Shown here: positions 24,888 through 38,009 of the stretch, piece after piece
Layout of the letters: every line of letters begins with the position of its first letter
Numbering within the stretch: the first letter of the stretch is position 1
DNA from: Vicugna vicugna
Lineage: Eukaryota
Reading direction: 5' to 3'
DNA: 64,000 bases
Assembly: GCA_013265495.1 (NCBI GenBank)
Contig: MU057880.1
Coordinates: forward strand, 1,146,527-1,210,526
Notes under the pieces: model-generated
What the model was told of the DNA's origin: nothing
The model's database searches: none
Seen by the model: the letters and a program-made list of their open reading frames with translations, nothing else
Translations under genes and position numbers: made by a program

Positions 24888-26299
24888 GAGACCAATGTCC
24901 ACCCTTGGTTTTTGGCTCTTCTGCTAGTTTGTCTTCCATCTATCTCAACAGGTACAAAGACTATAACTCTCCTAGGACACGCCCAGTGAGGATGGCTTTA
25001 GTTACTAAGTGTTAGTTAAAAACAGTTTGATTCCATATAGCGGACACATAGGGATTCATTCCTTGCTGTGAACAATTTTTGGAATAAGGAAAATGATTAG
25101 AATACTCAAGACTGTCCTTCATCAGAACTCAGCAAAGTGGCTCACTCTTTAAGGGCTGAGTTTTCTTCTTGGTAAAATATGGACAGTAGACCAGGTAATT
25201 CTAGGACTACTTTTATCCCAGAATTCTATGAACAGCTTCCCAGGGTTATGCTCTGTTATTTTCCGTTTTATTAAATGTTGTCTTCCTGAGTATGCTCCCT
25301 TTAGGGCCATCAAGTCAAATTTTCCTCGAACTCTGTACCACTAGGTGTGTTTTTATTTTCTTATGGTTGCCTCTAATTAGTTATTGCTCACCTACAGAAA
25401 GGAACCAGGTATCATTAGTGGTTGTCATAAAATATGGCAGTTATTCCAACATGAGACTACTGAAAAAATTCAGGAAGATGCTAGAGTAAGAGGCAGAAAA
25501 GGAGAGCAGGAGGACGCTCTGCCTTTTTAAAGGGTTTGGTCATGGAGCACCAGCTGTATAGAAAGTTCTGATTAGATGAATGGCATTTTCTAACATATTT
25601 CAAACTCTTGGGTAATTTTGAAAATGATTCTGTAACCACATAGTGCCCAATCAGACTGGAGCAGATTTTTCTTTTCAGCAGAAAGTGAAATATAGGATGT
25701 TTAAGGTGGTTGGTGAAATACTGCAAATAGGGGTTATTGAAGCCCTATCTCTTGACAGAACAGACCAAGGAAGACTGAGTTAAAAAATGACCCATGGACC
25801 CAATGACTATTTTCTAAGAATCTTTTAGGGGAAAGTAAGTACGTCCTGAGTTAAATTCTCTGACAACTGAAGCAGAAGTCACACACAACAAAGCTTCAGT
25901 GTTCTGTGCAGCTTTTAGGACTGGACTTTCTCGTTTGGGGCTATGCCCATTTCCAGTAGACTTTGTCAGATGACTGATTGGCAATATTTTTTGTACCTCT
26001 TAGTAGAGAAGAAAGCAGACAGATTACTTTAAAAAAAAAAGATAGATTACTTTTTTCTATTTCCAAAATGTTGCGTAGCCTTAGAACCACCCCAAGCCAC
26101 CGCATGAAAACACATGCCTGTGAAATTAGCCTACACCTGTCTTACAAATTTCTACACATTTCTAAGCTCAGATTCAAAAGGAACTAAGCCAGGACTCAAA
26201 TAAACAAGGCATCACTGAGGTAAGTACAATGGTGGTTCCTCTGAGACCTAGAAGATGAGTTCTCTCAAAAGCCTTCTGGAAAGAGTTGAAGACTCAAGG

Positions 26300-26628
26300 T
26301 ATAACAAACACAAATCAAAACTACAATGAAGTGTTACGTCACACTGGTCAACATGGCCATCATTAAAAAGTCCACAAGAGAGGGGGAGAGAAAAGAGAAC
26401 CCTCCTACACTGCTGGTGGGAATGTAATTTGGTGTAACCACTATGGAGAACAGTATGGAGAGTCCTTAAAAAACTAAAAATAGACTTACCATATGATCTA
26501 GCAATCCCACTCCTGGGCACACACCTGGAGAAAACTCTAATTCTGAAAGATACATGCACCCCAGTGTTCGCAGCAGCACTGTATACAATAACCAAGACAC
26601 GGAAGCCACCTAAGTGTCCTTCGACAGG
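26300..26628 (+). mobile_element. L1 ORF2 C-terminal fragment
   Basis: caaatcaaaactacaatga...gaaccctcctacactgctggtgggaatgtaa...gatacatgcaccccagtgttcgcagcagcact. Confidence 0.85.
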
Positions 26629-27049
26629 TGAGTAAAGCCCCCTGCTCTTCTTCTCTTTTTTTTCCTACCCTTAATAAACGACCTCAGCACAACTTCAAGG
26701 AGAATACCATCTTTCCTTCTGGAACGCCTTCAACTTATAAAACCATAATCACTGCATCCAAGCCCACTCTTCTTTTCCTCCCCCTCTTAGGAAGAGTCAG
26801 AAATCTGCTTGCTCAGCGTGAAGTTCAGCCGGTGTCCAGCACTTGTGCCCTCCCACTGATTTTTGCTTTTTCAGGTCTCTTTGTCTCTCCTGAACATTCC
26901 TTTGATACTCTCTACTGAGTCTTTCTGCTTCCGCATAAACATGCAGACTCAGTTCCATCCTTAAGCCCTCAAATGCTCTTTTTCTTGGCCATCTTCCATG
27001 CAGGTGTCCTTAGTCACTGTTCTAGTTCTGCATTTCCCAGCCCAGCTTT

Positions 27050-28240
27050 AAAAAATAGACTTTATTTCTCAGAGCAGTTTTGGGTTTACAGCAACATTGA
27101 GTAGAAAGTATAGACGTTTCCCATCAGCCCCCTGCCCCCACACATTATCACATCCCCACCAGATAATACATGTGTTACCATCAATGAACCTACATCGACA
27201 CATCATTGTCACCCAGAGTCCACAGTCTGTAGCCCACAGACTACCGTCCATAGTCCGTTGGTGGTGTATGTTCTGTGGGATTTGACAAGTGCATGATGGC
27301 ATGTATCCACCACTATAGCATCATACAGAGTATTTTCACTGCCCTAAAAATCTTCTGTGATCCACCTGTGCATCTCTTTGTCCCTTCAAACCCTTGACAA
27401 CTAATAATCTTTTTACTGTCACCATAGTTTTGCCTTTTCCAGACTGTCACATAGCTGGAATCGTACAGTAGGTAGCTTTTCAGATTGGTTTCTTTCACCT
27501 AGTAATACACCAATAAGGTTCCTCCACGTCTTCTCATGGCTTGATAGCTCTTTCCTTTTTGAGCGCTGAATAGTGTTCCACTGTCTGAGTGGACCACAGC
27601 TACAGTAGGGTTTACCTGCTGAAGGACATCTTGGTGGTTTCCAAGTTTTGCCAGTTATAATAAAGCTACTATAAACATCCATGCGCAAGTTATGTGGACA
27701 TAAATTTTTAACTCTTGGGTGAATACCAAGGAGTATTACTGCTGAATTGTATGATAAGAGTATGTTTAGTTTTATAAGAAAAACAAACTGCCCTCCAAAG
27801 GGGCTGTTTTGCATCCCCACCAGCCACGACTGAGAGTTCCTGTTGCTCCACATCCTCACCAGCGTTTGGTGTTGTCAGTGTCCTAGATTTTGGCCAATGT
27901 AATAGGTGTGTAGTGGTGTCTCATTGCTGTTTTAGTTTGTATTTCCCTGATGCTATAAAATGTGAAGCATTTTATCATATGCTTGTTTGCCATCTGTATA
28001 TCTTCTTTAGTGAAGTGTCTTAAGATATTTGGCCCATTTTTAAATTGGATTGTTTTCTGATTCTGGAGTCTTCAGCCTTCTTTGTACATTTTGGATAACT
28101 GTCCTTTATCAGATACGTGTCACACATATTTTCTTCCAGTCTGTGGCTTGTCTTTTCATTCTCTTGAAAGAGTCTTTCGCAGAGCAGAAAATTTAAATGT
28201 TAAGTCTCGTTTATCAACACTCTCGTGGATCGTGCCTCTG
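27050..28240 (-). mobile_element. L1MB/L1MC-like 3' UTR and ORF2 end
   Basis: aatagactttatttctcagagcagttttgggtttacagca...ccacatcctcaccagcgtttggtgttgtcagt; minus ORF 27419-27859 is degenerate L1. Confidence 0.85.
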
Positions 28241-28279
28241 GGGCTGAGCACCAGTCTGTCTCCTTAAAGGAGGGCTTCT

Positions 28280-29495
28280 GCCTCTAGGATGCTCGTCTTC
28301 ATGGCTTCCTTAGATCCGTGGAAGGTGGGTCAGGCCTCCCACGCTACTGAAATTGCTCTGACAACTGAACTTAACAGTGATGTTTTCTCTCTAGTTGTCA
28401 AATCCAGTGGTCCTTTTCAATATCTTCTGACTCAGCGTTTCTGCTTCATTCCACCAGATGAGCTAATCCTTTGGGACTCTCTCCCCTGGTGGACACAACG
28501 ACCCTTGGTGGTGGCTTCTCACTTTGGCATCTCTCTCCCGGCTTCCTTCGCAGCCTCCCTTTCCTTTCTCCACCCTTGATGTTGGCATCCTCCTCTCTTC
28601 TTGTTTCACTTTATATCCTCTCATGATTTACTTCAATTGATCCCCACAGTTTTAGTTGCCAAGAGTTAATCAAAGGCTCAAAAATATGTGACCCCAGCCC
28701 AGGTACCTCCCCAGAATTCTAGTTTGTTATAACTAAATGCCTAGGGAATATTCTAGAAAGAACTTTGCCTCAAATTGGATGTGCACAGAGCAGAACTCAA
28801 GTCATCTGCACACCAGTTCCTCCTGCTGCCTCCTCTGTCATGATGGACCTGCCCCCTGATTATTCAAGCAAGCAAGAGTCCTGGGAGGTGGCTTCAACCC
28901 CCTCCTCCCTCCCTCACCTCACGTTCACTGCTGTGTTTTGTTTTCTCAGTATCTCTCTCTTTTTTTAAATAAATTGAAGTATAGTCAGTTACAATGGGTC
29001 AGTTACAATGCATCAATTTCTGGTGTGCAGCACAATGCTTCAGTCATACATATACATACACATATTCATTTTTGTATTCTTTTCCATTATAGGTTATATT
29101 TTCTTAGTATCTCTTGAATTAATCTTCTTTCCCTGTTTACGACCAATAACATCTTATGACTGTGCTAGTTTCTCTTCTATCCTACCCAGAATTCTTATCT
29201 TTGAGTGACCCTTTAAAAAGAGAGCTGAAGACATTGATTCCTGCTTAAAATGTCTCAACAGCTCTCCATCCCTTTCAGGATAAACTGCAAACTTCTGAAC
29301 AGGCATTCAAAGCTCTAATGACATGGCCCTTTCCTACCTCCCTATCTTGAGCTTCCTGTCACCTCAACCTCGTCTAGTGTTTCAGGTTTAGTCTGCTGTC
29401 CTTGCAGCTCCTTGAATGTGTCCTGCACTCACTGTGTTGTTGCCTGGTGCCTGGGACATGGTAATAGCACTGTAAATATTTGTTGATGAATAAAT
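28280..29495 (+). mobile_element. L2 fragment interrupted by a young L1 end
   Basis: gttgtcaaatccagtggtccttttc...cctcaaattggatgtgcacagagcagaactc...tcaggataaactgcaaact...taaatatttgttgatgaataaatg. Confidence 0.7.
28957..29098 (-). mobile_element. Young L1 3' end fragment with TSD
   Basis: aattgaagtatagtcagttacaatg...; 16-bp TSD ttttctcagtatctct (28941-28956) / ttttcttagtatctct (29099-29114). Confidence 0.85.
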
Positions 29496-30077
29496 GTTGG
29501 TAATCCCTTATAAAAAAAAATCCTTTACTCCTTCTCCAGCTGGCTAATTCCTACCACTGCCTTCAAGACTTGCTGTAAGGTTCATTTCTTTCACAAGCTT
29601 TTTTTCACTATGTTTTGCTCCTTCTTCTGTACTGGTCTGGGGTTGTTAGAAAAATGTCCCCTTTCCTCCAAAAATATGTCCTCATCCTTGTCCCTGGAAC
29701 CTTCAAAGATGCTAGCTGATGTGGTGAAAGGGGCTGTAGACATGATGAAGGCTGGACCCCTTGACATGGAGATGTTATCCTAGGTCGTCACCTACTGAGA
29801 GACAAATCCGTGAAACGGAGTGAGTCCTGGTGGTCTGGGATCTGTCCAGCTGACCCCTGTTCTCTCAGGATAGAACTGTTGTGGGTCAGCTCTCCAAAGG
29901 CTCATCTTACTTGTTCATGAAGTGTATCAAATAGGTTAGAACCAAACGAGACTAAAGATGTTTTCAGAAAGCCGAAATGCTTAGAGCAGTGAAGACCCAG
30001 GAGCCAGGATGGTTCTAACCATTAGGAGCCCTTTGGTAAATCAGTCTATCATCTTCTATTTGTAGAAAAGGGATTTG

Positions 30078-30078
30078 C

Positions 30079-30109
<31 letters not shown>

Positions 30110-30120
30110 TGTGTGTGTGT
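30078..30120. repeat. (TG)n microsatellite
   Basis: Direct observation. Confidence 0.95.
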
Positions 30121-30127
30121 ATGGTGG

Positions 30128-30330
30128 AATGCTCGTCCAGTACCGTTCAGTAGACATTTCTGTAATGATGGAAATTTACCACACGTGCACTGGCCAGTGC
30201 AGTAGTTACTGGCCGCATGTGGTCACTGAACACTTGAAGTGTGCTTTGGGAATCAAGAGGTAAATTTTAAATTAAATTAAATATTTTCTAGCCACGTGTG
30301 GGAAGTGGGTACTGTAGTGGACACTGTAGC
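30128..30330. mobile_element. hAT-Charlie MITE (MER3-like)
   Basis: ttctgtaatgatggaaat...gtagttactggccgcatgtggtcactgaacacttgaagtgtg...tagccacgtgtgggaagtgggtactgtagtggacactgtag. Confidence 0.75.
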
Positions 30331-32345
30331 TTCCATCAGCTGGAGCTTGATTTCGTCATCTTGGCATTTGACCTTGCCAATTGCTGCTACTTGAGAAACA
30401 GTCCCTTGGGCTTACTGCCACCAGAGATGTGCTTCAGATACAAATGCATCTGCACCTTGGCTGGGGAGGGCACATGCCTTGGGCAGAGCTATGCCTATCG
30501 TATTTATTGCCAATTGTCAAAAAAAAAAAAAGGAATCACAATGGTGCTCCACCAGCCACATGGTGGTTGGTAGGAGAAGGGTGACACACAACACTCTGGG
30601 ATGTGCTAGTTCCTTTTTGGGGGGGGTAACCCATTGGTGATGGGATCAGACCCACCATGAACATCTCAGAGGTGAGGGGAAACTATGTGGACGATGCAAG
30701 GACCCCAAAGCAAACTTTAGCTTGTTGAACCCAGAATTTCTCAAGCTTAACTGACTCCACGATGCATTTCCACATGTGCATGTGAGGCACCTTCCAAGAA
30801 GCACAGAGCTGGTGCCCCGGGGGCACACTCTGGGGAAGACTCCTCTCTAAAAGAGTTGGTCGCTGCTCCTACCGTCAGTCATATTTCTAGCCACTCCATT
30901 AATGGATCCTTCTGCTACTTTCTCCTTTGCCTTCTTCCATCCGATACCTGGGACTGTCAAGAGCATCCTGGGGCCCTGGTGAGAAGCATTGTGCCTGAGG
31001 GATCAGAGCCATTGCTCATACTACTGACTTTTGCCTTTGGTACCTGTTTGAGGCCCATCTAATGTATACAGTGTCTGCTTGGTGGTGGACGGCTACCGGG
31101 CACACCCCGTAGGGTGGCTCAGTGAGTTACATGGCGCCCATGATGGGCATCTCAGGTAACTCGATGTCTTGGTAGAGGTTGGTTTTCAAAGTTCAAGGAT
31201 TTCTGACTCTGGTTCATTTCACTTACAAACTGAACCGAAAAAGAGCAAGGGATGCTTTTTAAATATGCAACACTGAAGATGCCTGCAGAGTTGACTTCTC
31301 TAGTGTGTAAGCGCTTTACTATTTCACAGCATAGTTAACTAAACGGAGCATAGTTTTTCACATCCAGCTTTTCTATTAATATCCAGCATACCATTAATCC
31401 ATGTACTTAGTTTATCTTCAGACTTGCAGAGCAGTCTCTCTCACCCCTGCTCAGCCAAGCAAGATAAGGGGCTATAATTATAGGAAAATGTATCCTTTTT
31501 AGAGTCAAAATGTTCCCTGCGTAATTTTTTTTTTTTGGAAAACAGATACAACTACAAAGTAAGCCAGATTGCCTTTTACCTTTGCCAAATTATTTATCAA
31601 AATTTCAAAGGCCATGCTGGGCTAAACAAATGTGAGAACGAATTTGATTTCATGTTAAAATATTATAGCTTACACTTAAAATAAGTATCTAAAATTTATT
31701 GAATTGGAGGAAACTTTGGTAAAAGTAAAGCATTTTTTTGGTCTGGTTAAAGCTAAGATTATAACAGAATACTCGTATCTTTTTATATCTCATTATGCTT
31801 ACTGCCAGGACTCCAGAACAGAGTAAGCAAATCTTTTTCCTTATTTGTTTTATTATTATTACTTACTAAGCACCAGTATGTCAAAGGGCTCCCTGGGCAA
31901 AGCCAGTGGGAAAGAATTCCACCTCTACCTATGTGCAGATTATCCAGATGTCTTTAATTTTTAAACTCATCAGTCATTCATTTTGGTTCTTACATGCTCT
32001 TAAGCTGTTACTATAATAGATCAGAATTCACACTTCCTTGTCATAAGACTCGTAAAAGATTTTGGATGGCCTTACTACTAGAGAGCATACTTTTTATTTA
32101 CCATTAATCTTGAACTTAGACAATTATGTGATTCAGACTTTTTCTGAAAAGTTAATCTAAACACACTGAGCCTCTTATTTTATGGGAATTTGAATCATGT
32201 AGATTGACAGCCAAGTAACATGAAATATTAATGAAGTCTGTCTTTATGAAAAATGTTACCTAATGTGTGCTCTGTGTGGTATATAAAAACAAAGAATAAT
32301 TTCAAGGCTGGTCTGGCAAGTGACTTGCAAACTGTGTTTACACTG

Positions 32346-32364
32346 CTGCCACACGGTGGCGCCA
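32346..32364 (+). promoter_or_regulatory. CTCF-like motif
   Basis: ctgccacacggtggcgcca versus CTCF core CCAC(C/T)AG(G/A)(G/T)GGCGC; retains two CpGs in AT-rich unique DNA. Confidence 0.5.
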
Positions 32365-32834
32365 CTTCAGTCAATAAATAGAAAAGTCCGTCACTGGCTC
32401 AGCATCCTGGGAGCCCAGCTTTTGTTTATGGAATACAGTCTTCCTTGAGGGACGGGGGAGGCTGCTGTTATTTTACCATTCACTGTTATCATGATTTAAA
32501 GTATTTCTGGGTCCCGCAAGGAGGCATCCAAATATTATCTAAGTGGAGGTACGTCTTTCAATGCTGAGAAACAAGTTTAAAATCAGTACCTTTGGAAAGG
32601 AAGTTAGATGCGGTGAAATGCTATGAAGAATTCCTCATAACTATCATTGTATATGATGCATATTTTGGAGAGCTCTACAAAATATCAGAGGCCATATTGC
32701 AAAGATTAAAATGAGACATTAAAGCAAAAAAAGTACTTTTTTTTGGGTAAATTATTCATCTTAGGTAGATATTCATCTCCACCATAGCCTCAATTTGGGA
32801 AAACCAGGCTTGAATCAAAGTTTTATCAAAGCTT

Positions 32835-32893
32835 TGATGTATTCGTGGGAGAGGGTGAGCTACGTGTCCTTCTGCTCCGCCATCTTGGCCAGA
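32835..32893 (-). mobile_element. Isolated L1 extreme 5' end fragment (YY1 site)
   Basis: Reverse complement caagatggcggagcagaaggacacgtagctcaccctctcccacgaatacatcaaa resembles the start of laurasiatherian L1 5' UTRs. Confidence 0.6.
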
Positions 32894-33744
32894 CTTCACC
32901 ACAGTTTTGAAACGTGCCAAGTCTTCAGAAACTTGTCACTTGTGTGAAATGCTACTTTCCCAAACCGGAAGATTCCCAAGTTTTCATTTAAAAATTAGGA
33001 AGTTGCTTTAAAGGTAGAAATTTGGGGATAGGAGAGAGGAAAGGATGGTGATGGTTTGAGCAAGCCAGTGTTTGATACCCTTCTGCCTTCACAACGGTCC
33101 TGTTTATTTTTCCATTTCTAATATCTGCTCTGATGTGGAAGATTGACTCAGAGAGTAAGTCAGTTGACAAGAAGAAGAGAGAGGATGTAAAGACAGGAAA
33201 TAAGGAAACTACTAACCCAGAGAGCTTCTGCACCAGAGAGGTAGACACAGAATCTTAAAGAAACGAATAATACAGATCTCCCTACACTCGCTTTCATCTT
33301 TTTAACTTCTCCACACCAAGCCCTAGTTATCCCACTTGCATAGCTCTTCACCAGCGACGTCCCCATGTAGGAAGATTTTAAATGTCAAGCCGGCTCAATA
33401 TGCTATTGTTGACATGTTTCTTCATGGACATTTTAGCTATTAAAGGTGGTCAGCGTTTTCTCCCCTCAGTGTATTCTAGGGGCTGACACTGAGATGCAGT
33501 CTGACTACTCTAACACTTGCAAAATATATGCCTGGGGGCTATGAGGAAGTGTCTAGAGGTGTGTAATAAGCATGACTATCTTACTTCCTGAATTAACAAC
33601 ATGCCCTATGAATGATAGAGAGGTGATGAAATAAGTTATGGTTTACATGTTGAGTACCCTTGGAGAGCTGATTTAATCAAATTCTGTGGAGCAGTGGGGT
33701 TTCTTGGAGACATTTTCTAGACTCATCTCTCATTTTTATTAGTA

Positions 33745-34200
33745 CATTGCTTAGTTTGGATTCCTCCAGCAGATGAACCTTTAGGGGAACCCAATCTAAC
33801 AAAGTGGGAAAGAGGGAGAGAGAAAAAAGAACAGCCAATAAAGAACCTGTTAATGAGCTAATGAGGCTATTGTGTGCAATTGGGGTTCAGCCTTGTGGGG
33901 ACCACTTTGAGCAACTCTACGGAACACCCCTGGGCCTGTCCCTCTGGGGGACAGGAAGGTTGGGGCATTTATCCCCCAACTCTCATTCTTTATTTTTTGA
34001 AGACGGTCTAACTCTTCAGCCCTCTAGTACTTCCTGGTCCCGTGGGGTCGAAAACAACCTCAAGCATAGAAGAGAGACAGACCCTCAGGGTGAGCTGGGA
34101 GGTTAGTGTCCCAGGTCCTGTGGACCTCAGCCTCCGGTGCACTCCGGTGGGCTGGAGGAGGGTTCCAAGTGTGGCACTGACCTCACATGCGATGTGCACA
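33745..34200. mobile_element. Old ERVL-type LTR (LTR16-like)
   Basis: ttagtttggattcctccagcaga...aagtgggaaagagggagag...ggggcatttatcccccaactc; degenerate, recalled by eye. Confidence 0.45.
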
Positions 34201-34302
34201 GTGCTAGTATTGGATCAACAAAAATCTTAAACCCTTAATGATTCACACACACATTATTTACTAAGAATAATCTCATCATTTCTTTACATATATTTCCTTT
34301 TT

Positions 34303-34512
34303 TTTAACTTAATTTTTAATTTGGAACTCAATTTAACATTTTGTTATTTTTTAATTCATAGATAATCAGTTTGATTTCTACTATATAGCACAGAGAACTA
34401 TATTCAATATCTTGTAGTAACCTGTAACCAAAAGGAACATGAAAAGGAATACATGTATGTGCATGTAGGACTGAACTATTATGCTGTGCACCAGAAATTG
34501 GCACAGCATTAG
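34303..34512. mobile_element. 5'-inverted (twin-primed) L1 3' end insertion
   Basis: Minus-oriented terminal piece and T tail (about 34303-34372), then the plus-oriented upstream piece (about 34378-34510); TSD atttcctttt at 34292 and 34513. Confidence 0.7.
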
Positions 34513-35639
34513 ATTTCCTTTTAGATTGATTGCTTCCCCAGCCATCTTGGCCTCAAAGTATTATATTGGTTTCCCCAGGCATTTCTCAACATTTTCTAAG
34601 TGTTTTGGTCTTAGAATTCCTCTTTAAAAGAAGAGTTTCCAAAATGTATGCAACATCAGGTCCTAGACCTGTAATATAGCAAGAGTTTTTCCTACAATGA
34701 CAATAGAGTGAATTTGCAAATGGTCTTTAAAAGAAAAGACACATCTTGACACATCCAGTTTTATGAAGCCAACAACTCCTTTAGACATGTGTGCAACATA
34801 TAGAAGGAAATCCTTCAGAATGTTTATTTTTAATATCTGGATTACTAAAGATTCACTTAATCTTTATTTTATGTGTTACGTGCTAATTTAATGAATCAAA
34901 ATGTGCATTATTAAGGAGAAACAGAATATGGTGGTGAGTGGGAGCAGGTATCTTTCCTGTGTTAACTCAGTACCATCTTTAACAGCAAAGGCTCTTCTCG
35001 AGTCTGATTTGTTTAATGGAAAAATAACGTTTGTGAAATCTCTTGGCTACTAAATATTTGGACTTCTTTATTATGGATAATAAAGGAAATTTACCCTTTA
35101 GATTTCATTCTGCTTTTATGGGCTTTTCCATTGCAATGAGAAAAAAACTCCATCCTTGCCTATGCCCTGTGGTATAAGGAATAATCAGCGGAGGGAGACG
35201 GCAGAAACGCTTCCTCTCACGTTTATTCCGTCTCCATAGCAGGGGCTGAAACAGCTTGTAACGCACCAAGCCCAGACGCTCTCCCCACTGTTCTTCTCCG
35301 TTACTACTTATGTACAAAAATAACTTATTATCTTTTTATACTGTTGTTGGATTAAATTCCTTAGTCATTTTTTTAAGTCATATTCTCATCAAATTTAAGA
35401 AGATGAACACTACATCAAACCCTACGTGATCTGAATGATTTTACCTTGCTTAGCACCCTGAAGATGTCCCGTACGAGATTCTGGCCCTTCTCTCTTCAGA
35501 CTTTTCACATTACAGGCTTATGCCTTCCTCTCTTGGCCTACTGCCGTCCTGCTTCTAAAATCTCAAATCTCTGAAGCTTCAGCCCAAGTTCTGCATTTTC
35601 ATTGACAGCTTCTTTTTTAAAATTAAAAAAAATTTACTT

Positions 35640-35782
35640 TTATTTATTTATTTTTCTACTTGTAGGAGGAAGGTAAGTAAGTTTTTAAATAATTTATTTG
35701 TTTATTTATACAGAGGCACTGCGGATTGAACCCAGGATCTCGTGCATGCTAAGCACGCGCTCTACCACTGAGCTCTACCCCC
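35640..35782 (-). mobile_element. tRNA-Ala(AGC)-derived SINE (camelid Vic-1-like)
   Basis: Reverse complement of 35711-35782 is GGGGGTAGAGCTCAGTGGTAGAGCGCGTGCTTAGCATGCACGAGATCCTGGGTTCAATCCGCAGTGCCTCTG, followed by an aataaa-rich tail like the 49.2 kb copy. Confidence 0.85.
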
Positions 35783-35852
35783 ACCGCCCCACCGCCCCAC
35801 TGCAACTCCTTCTGATAGAAGCCCGCAGATTCCTCCTGCTCTAACTCCCTTC

Positions 35853-35867
35853 TTATTTTTTTGTGTG

Positions 35868-35904
<37 letters not shown>

Positions 35905-36023
35905 TTTTTATTGTCATATAATCAGTTTATAGTGTTGTGTCAATTTCTGGTGTACAGCACAATGCTTCAGTCATACATGTACATACATATATTCGTTTTC
36001 ATATTCTTTTTCACCATAAGTTT
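35853..36023 (-). mobile_element. Young L1 3' end with a (CA)n microsatellite in its tail
   Basis: L1 3' end antisense, (CA)n at about 35869-35901; 11-bp TSD taactcccttc at 35842-35852 and 36024-36034. Confidence 0.8.
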
Positions 36024-36104
36024 TAACTCCCTTCCGGTTGATCTGTGTACTGGGTAGACTCTTGTGCTTTTCCTGTTGGCTAACGGTTTAAGTGAGAAAC
36101 TTCA

Positions 36105-36235
36105 GAACAGTGATCCTCTAGTCTTTATGGGCATGACACTTACTTGGGAAGCTTGTTGAAAATGCAGATTCTATTGTCCCCTCAGATACTTCTGTTGAAG
36201 GCACTTGTGGACTATACCCTGAGAAATGCTGTTTT
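36105..36235. mobile_element. hAT MITE (MER5-like)
   Basis: cacttacttgggaagcttgttgaaaatgcagattct...ggactataccctgagaaatgctg. Confidence 0.6.
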
Positions 36236-38009
36236 GGGTTTTTTTTTTTTAACATATAAAGCTATAATATACTCATTCTTTTTATGATAAATAAAATAAT
36301 AACGTTATCCTCCCTGAGTTGGTTGATGAGTTGATAAAAGACCAATCTTGACCCCTGCTGGCGAGTAACTAAACCTTGACCCTGAGATGGTTTTGGAATC
36401 TCAGAGAGCAGATCCGGGGTGGAAACTACTGGCTGCCAGATAAATTAGATGCCTCTTTGGATTATAGAGAATCATGTCAGTTTAGAGTCAACTTTATCCA
36501 CTGACAGATACCTTTCAACAGATTTGTTGGAAAGTGTCCTCTTTCTCTCCTGTAATACGTTGTCATCATCTCCAGATAACAAGTGTTCCAGTCCTGGATG
36601 GGAGTAAATTCTTCTGACCCAAGATGGAGCGCGTCTTGTTGGTCTGAGACTCCATTTCATAAAAACAGCATTTCAGTAAGATAGCTAAAACTAGGTGAAG
36701 GAAAATGATGAAATTCAGGGGCAAAATCTTCAAAATCCAAAGAACAGGAAGACAGAGTCAAACTATAAAATTAGGCTGATTTTCCACTCAACAGGCTCAA
36801 AGCAAACCTTCAATATATGCTTAGCAGCTTCTTGTCTGTTTATTTTTGCTTTCTATCCCGAAAACGTGATTAAAATATGGTACAGCACATTTCTTTAAAG
36901 CAACTACTTCAGATGATCTGTTTTTCAAGTCTATCTGTACACCTCAACTCTTACTTTAGTTTTTCCTTTCAGCAAGTCACAAGAGGCATACAACTGCCCC
37001 ATATTCTTTTTTCTCCCCTTTTGATTCGTAATTCAGAATTCATGGCTTAAGGTTTTTATAGTAAATTAAAAAATGTTTTGACATAAAAATTTCCAACTTT
37101 CTCTGTTCTCTGCTAGCAAAAAGTAGTACCATCGCTTGATGACTTAAGTTTTATTTTTTTCCATGTCTCTTATTATATGGTACTATAGATTATATTGTTA
37201 TCCCTAAGTAAGGCATTTAAAAGTTAACCTTTAAAGATATACTATATCATTTCTATTCAGATAAGAGAAAGGACTCAGTGACCCATTTCAGGATGAAATT
37301 TACTTAAGGAAAGAAAAACATGATGGTCTGAGTCAGTTAAAATATGTACAAATCTGCTCCATGTATCATTTTGGAGTGAAAGAGAGAAGGAAGCAGTGGT
37401 CTATAATGTTTGTCCCAGGTACTGAATGCTAAGTGCAGCATGGGAGAAGTCATTTCAGATCTATGCTTCATGATTATTAGGGTGTGCTGAGCGGGGTAGT
37501 CAGGGGACAGTTACCGAGTCATCAATTCGTAAAGTAGGAACTGTGTGGGGGCAGAGGACAAGGCATTGGTGACAATGTGGCTATTGGCTGTCAGAACACA
37601 CAGAAGGAGAATTAACAGTACAACTTATATCAAGGAGGGCTGACTCTGCACCCGCCCCTCCAGGGAAAGAGAAGTTAAGATGGGAAATGGAACATGATCA
37701 GAAGGGAATTGAAAACATAAACCTACTTAACAACTATGCCGAAGATCAAGAGATACTGATTTGGGAATTTATCCAGACTGTCTAAGCAGATGTTTGATCA
37801 GCACGAGGTGGTATAAAATTCTAAATGGCGATCTTGTGAACGTGTATGAATAATTAGAATGATTTTTGCAGGGCTGTTGTACATTGTACACTTTTACTAG
37901 AAGTTCAAGATTGGGCTTGATTCCTCTCATTTAGGCTTTTATCAGTTCAAGTCAACAGAAGACCACAGAAATACTATTGGATTCCAGGCACTGCACTGGC
38001 ATTAAGAAC

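Noticed and set aside
32725..32745. Near-palindrome caaaaaaagtacttttttttg
   Set aside because: Low-complexity A/T runs; expected by chance.
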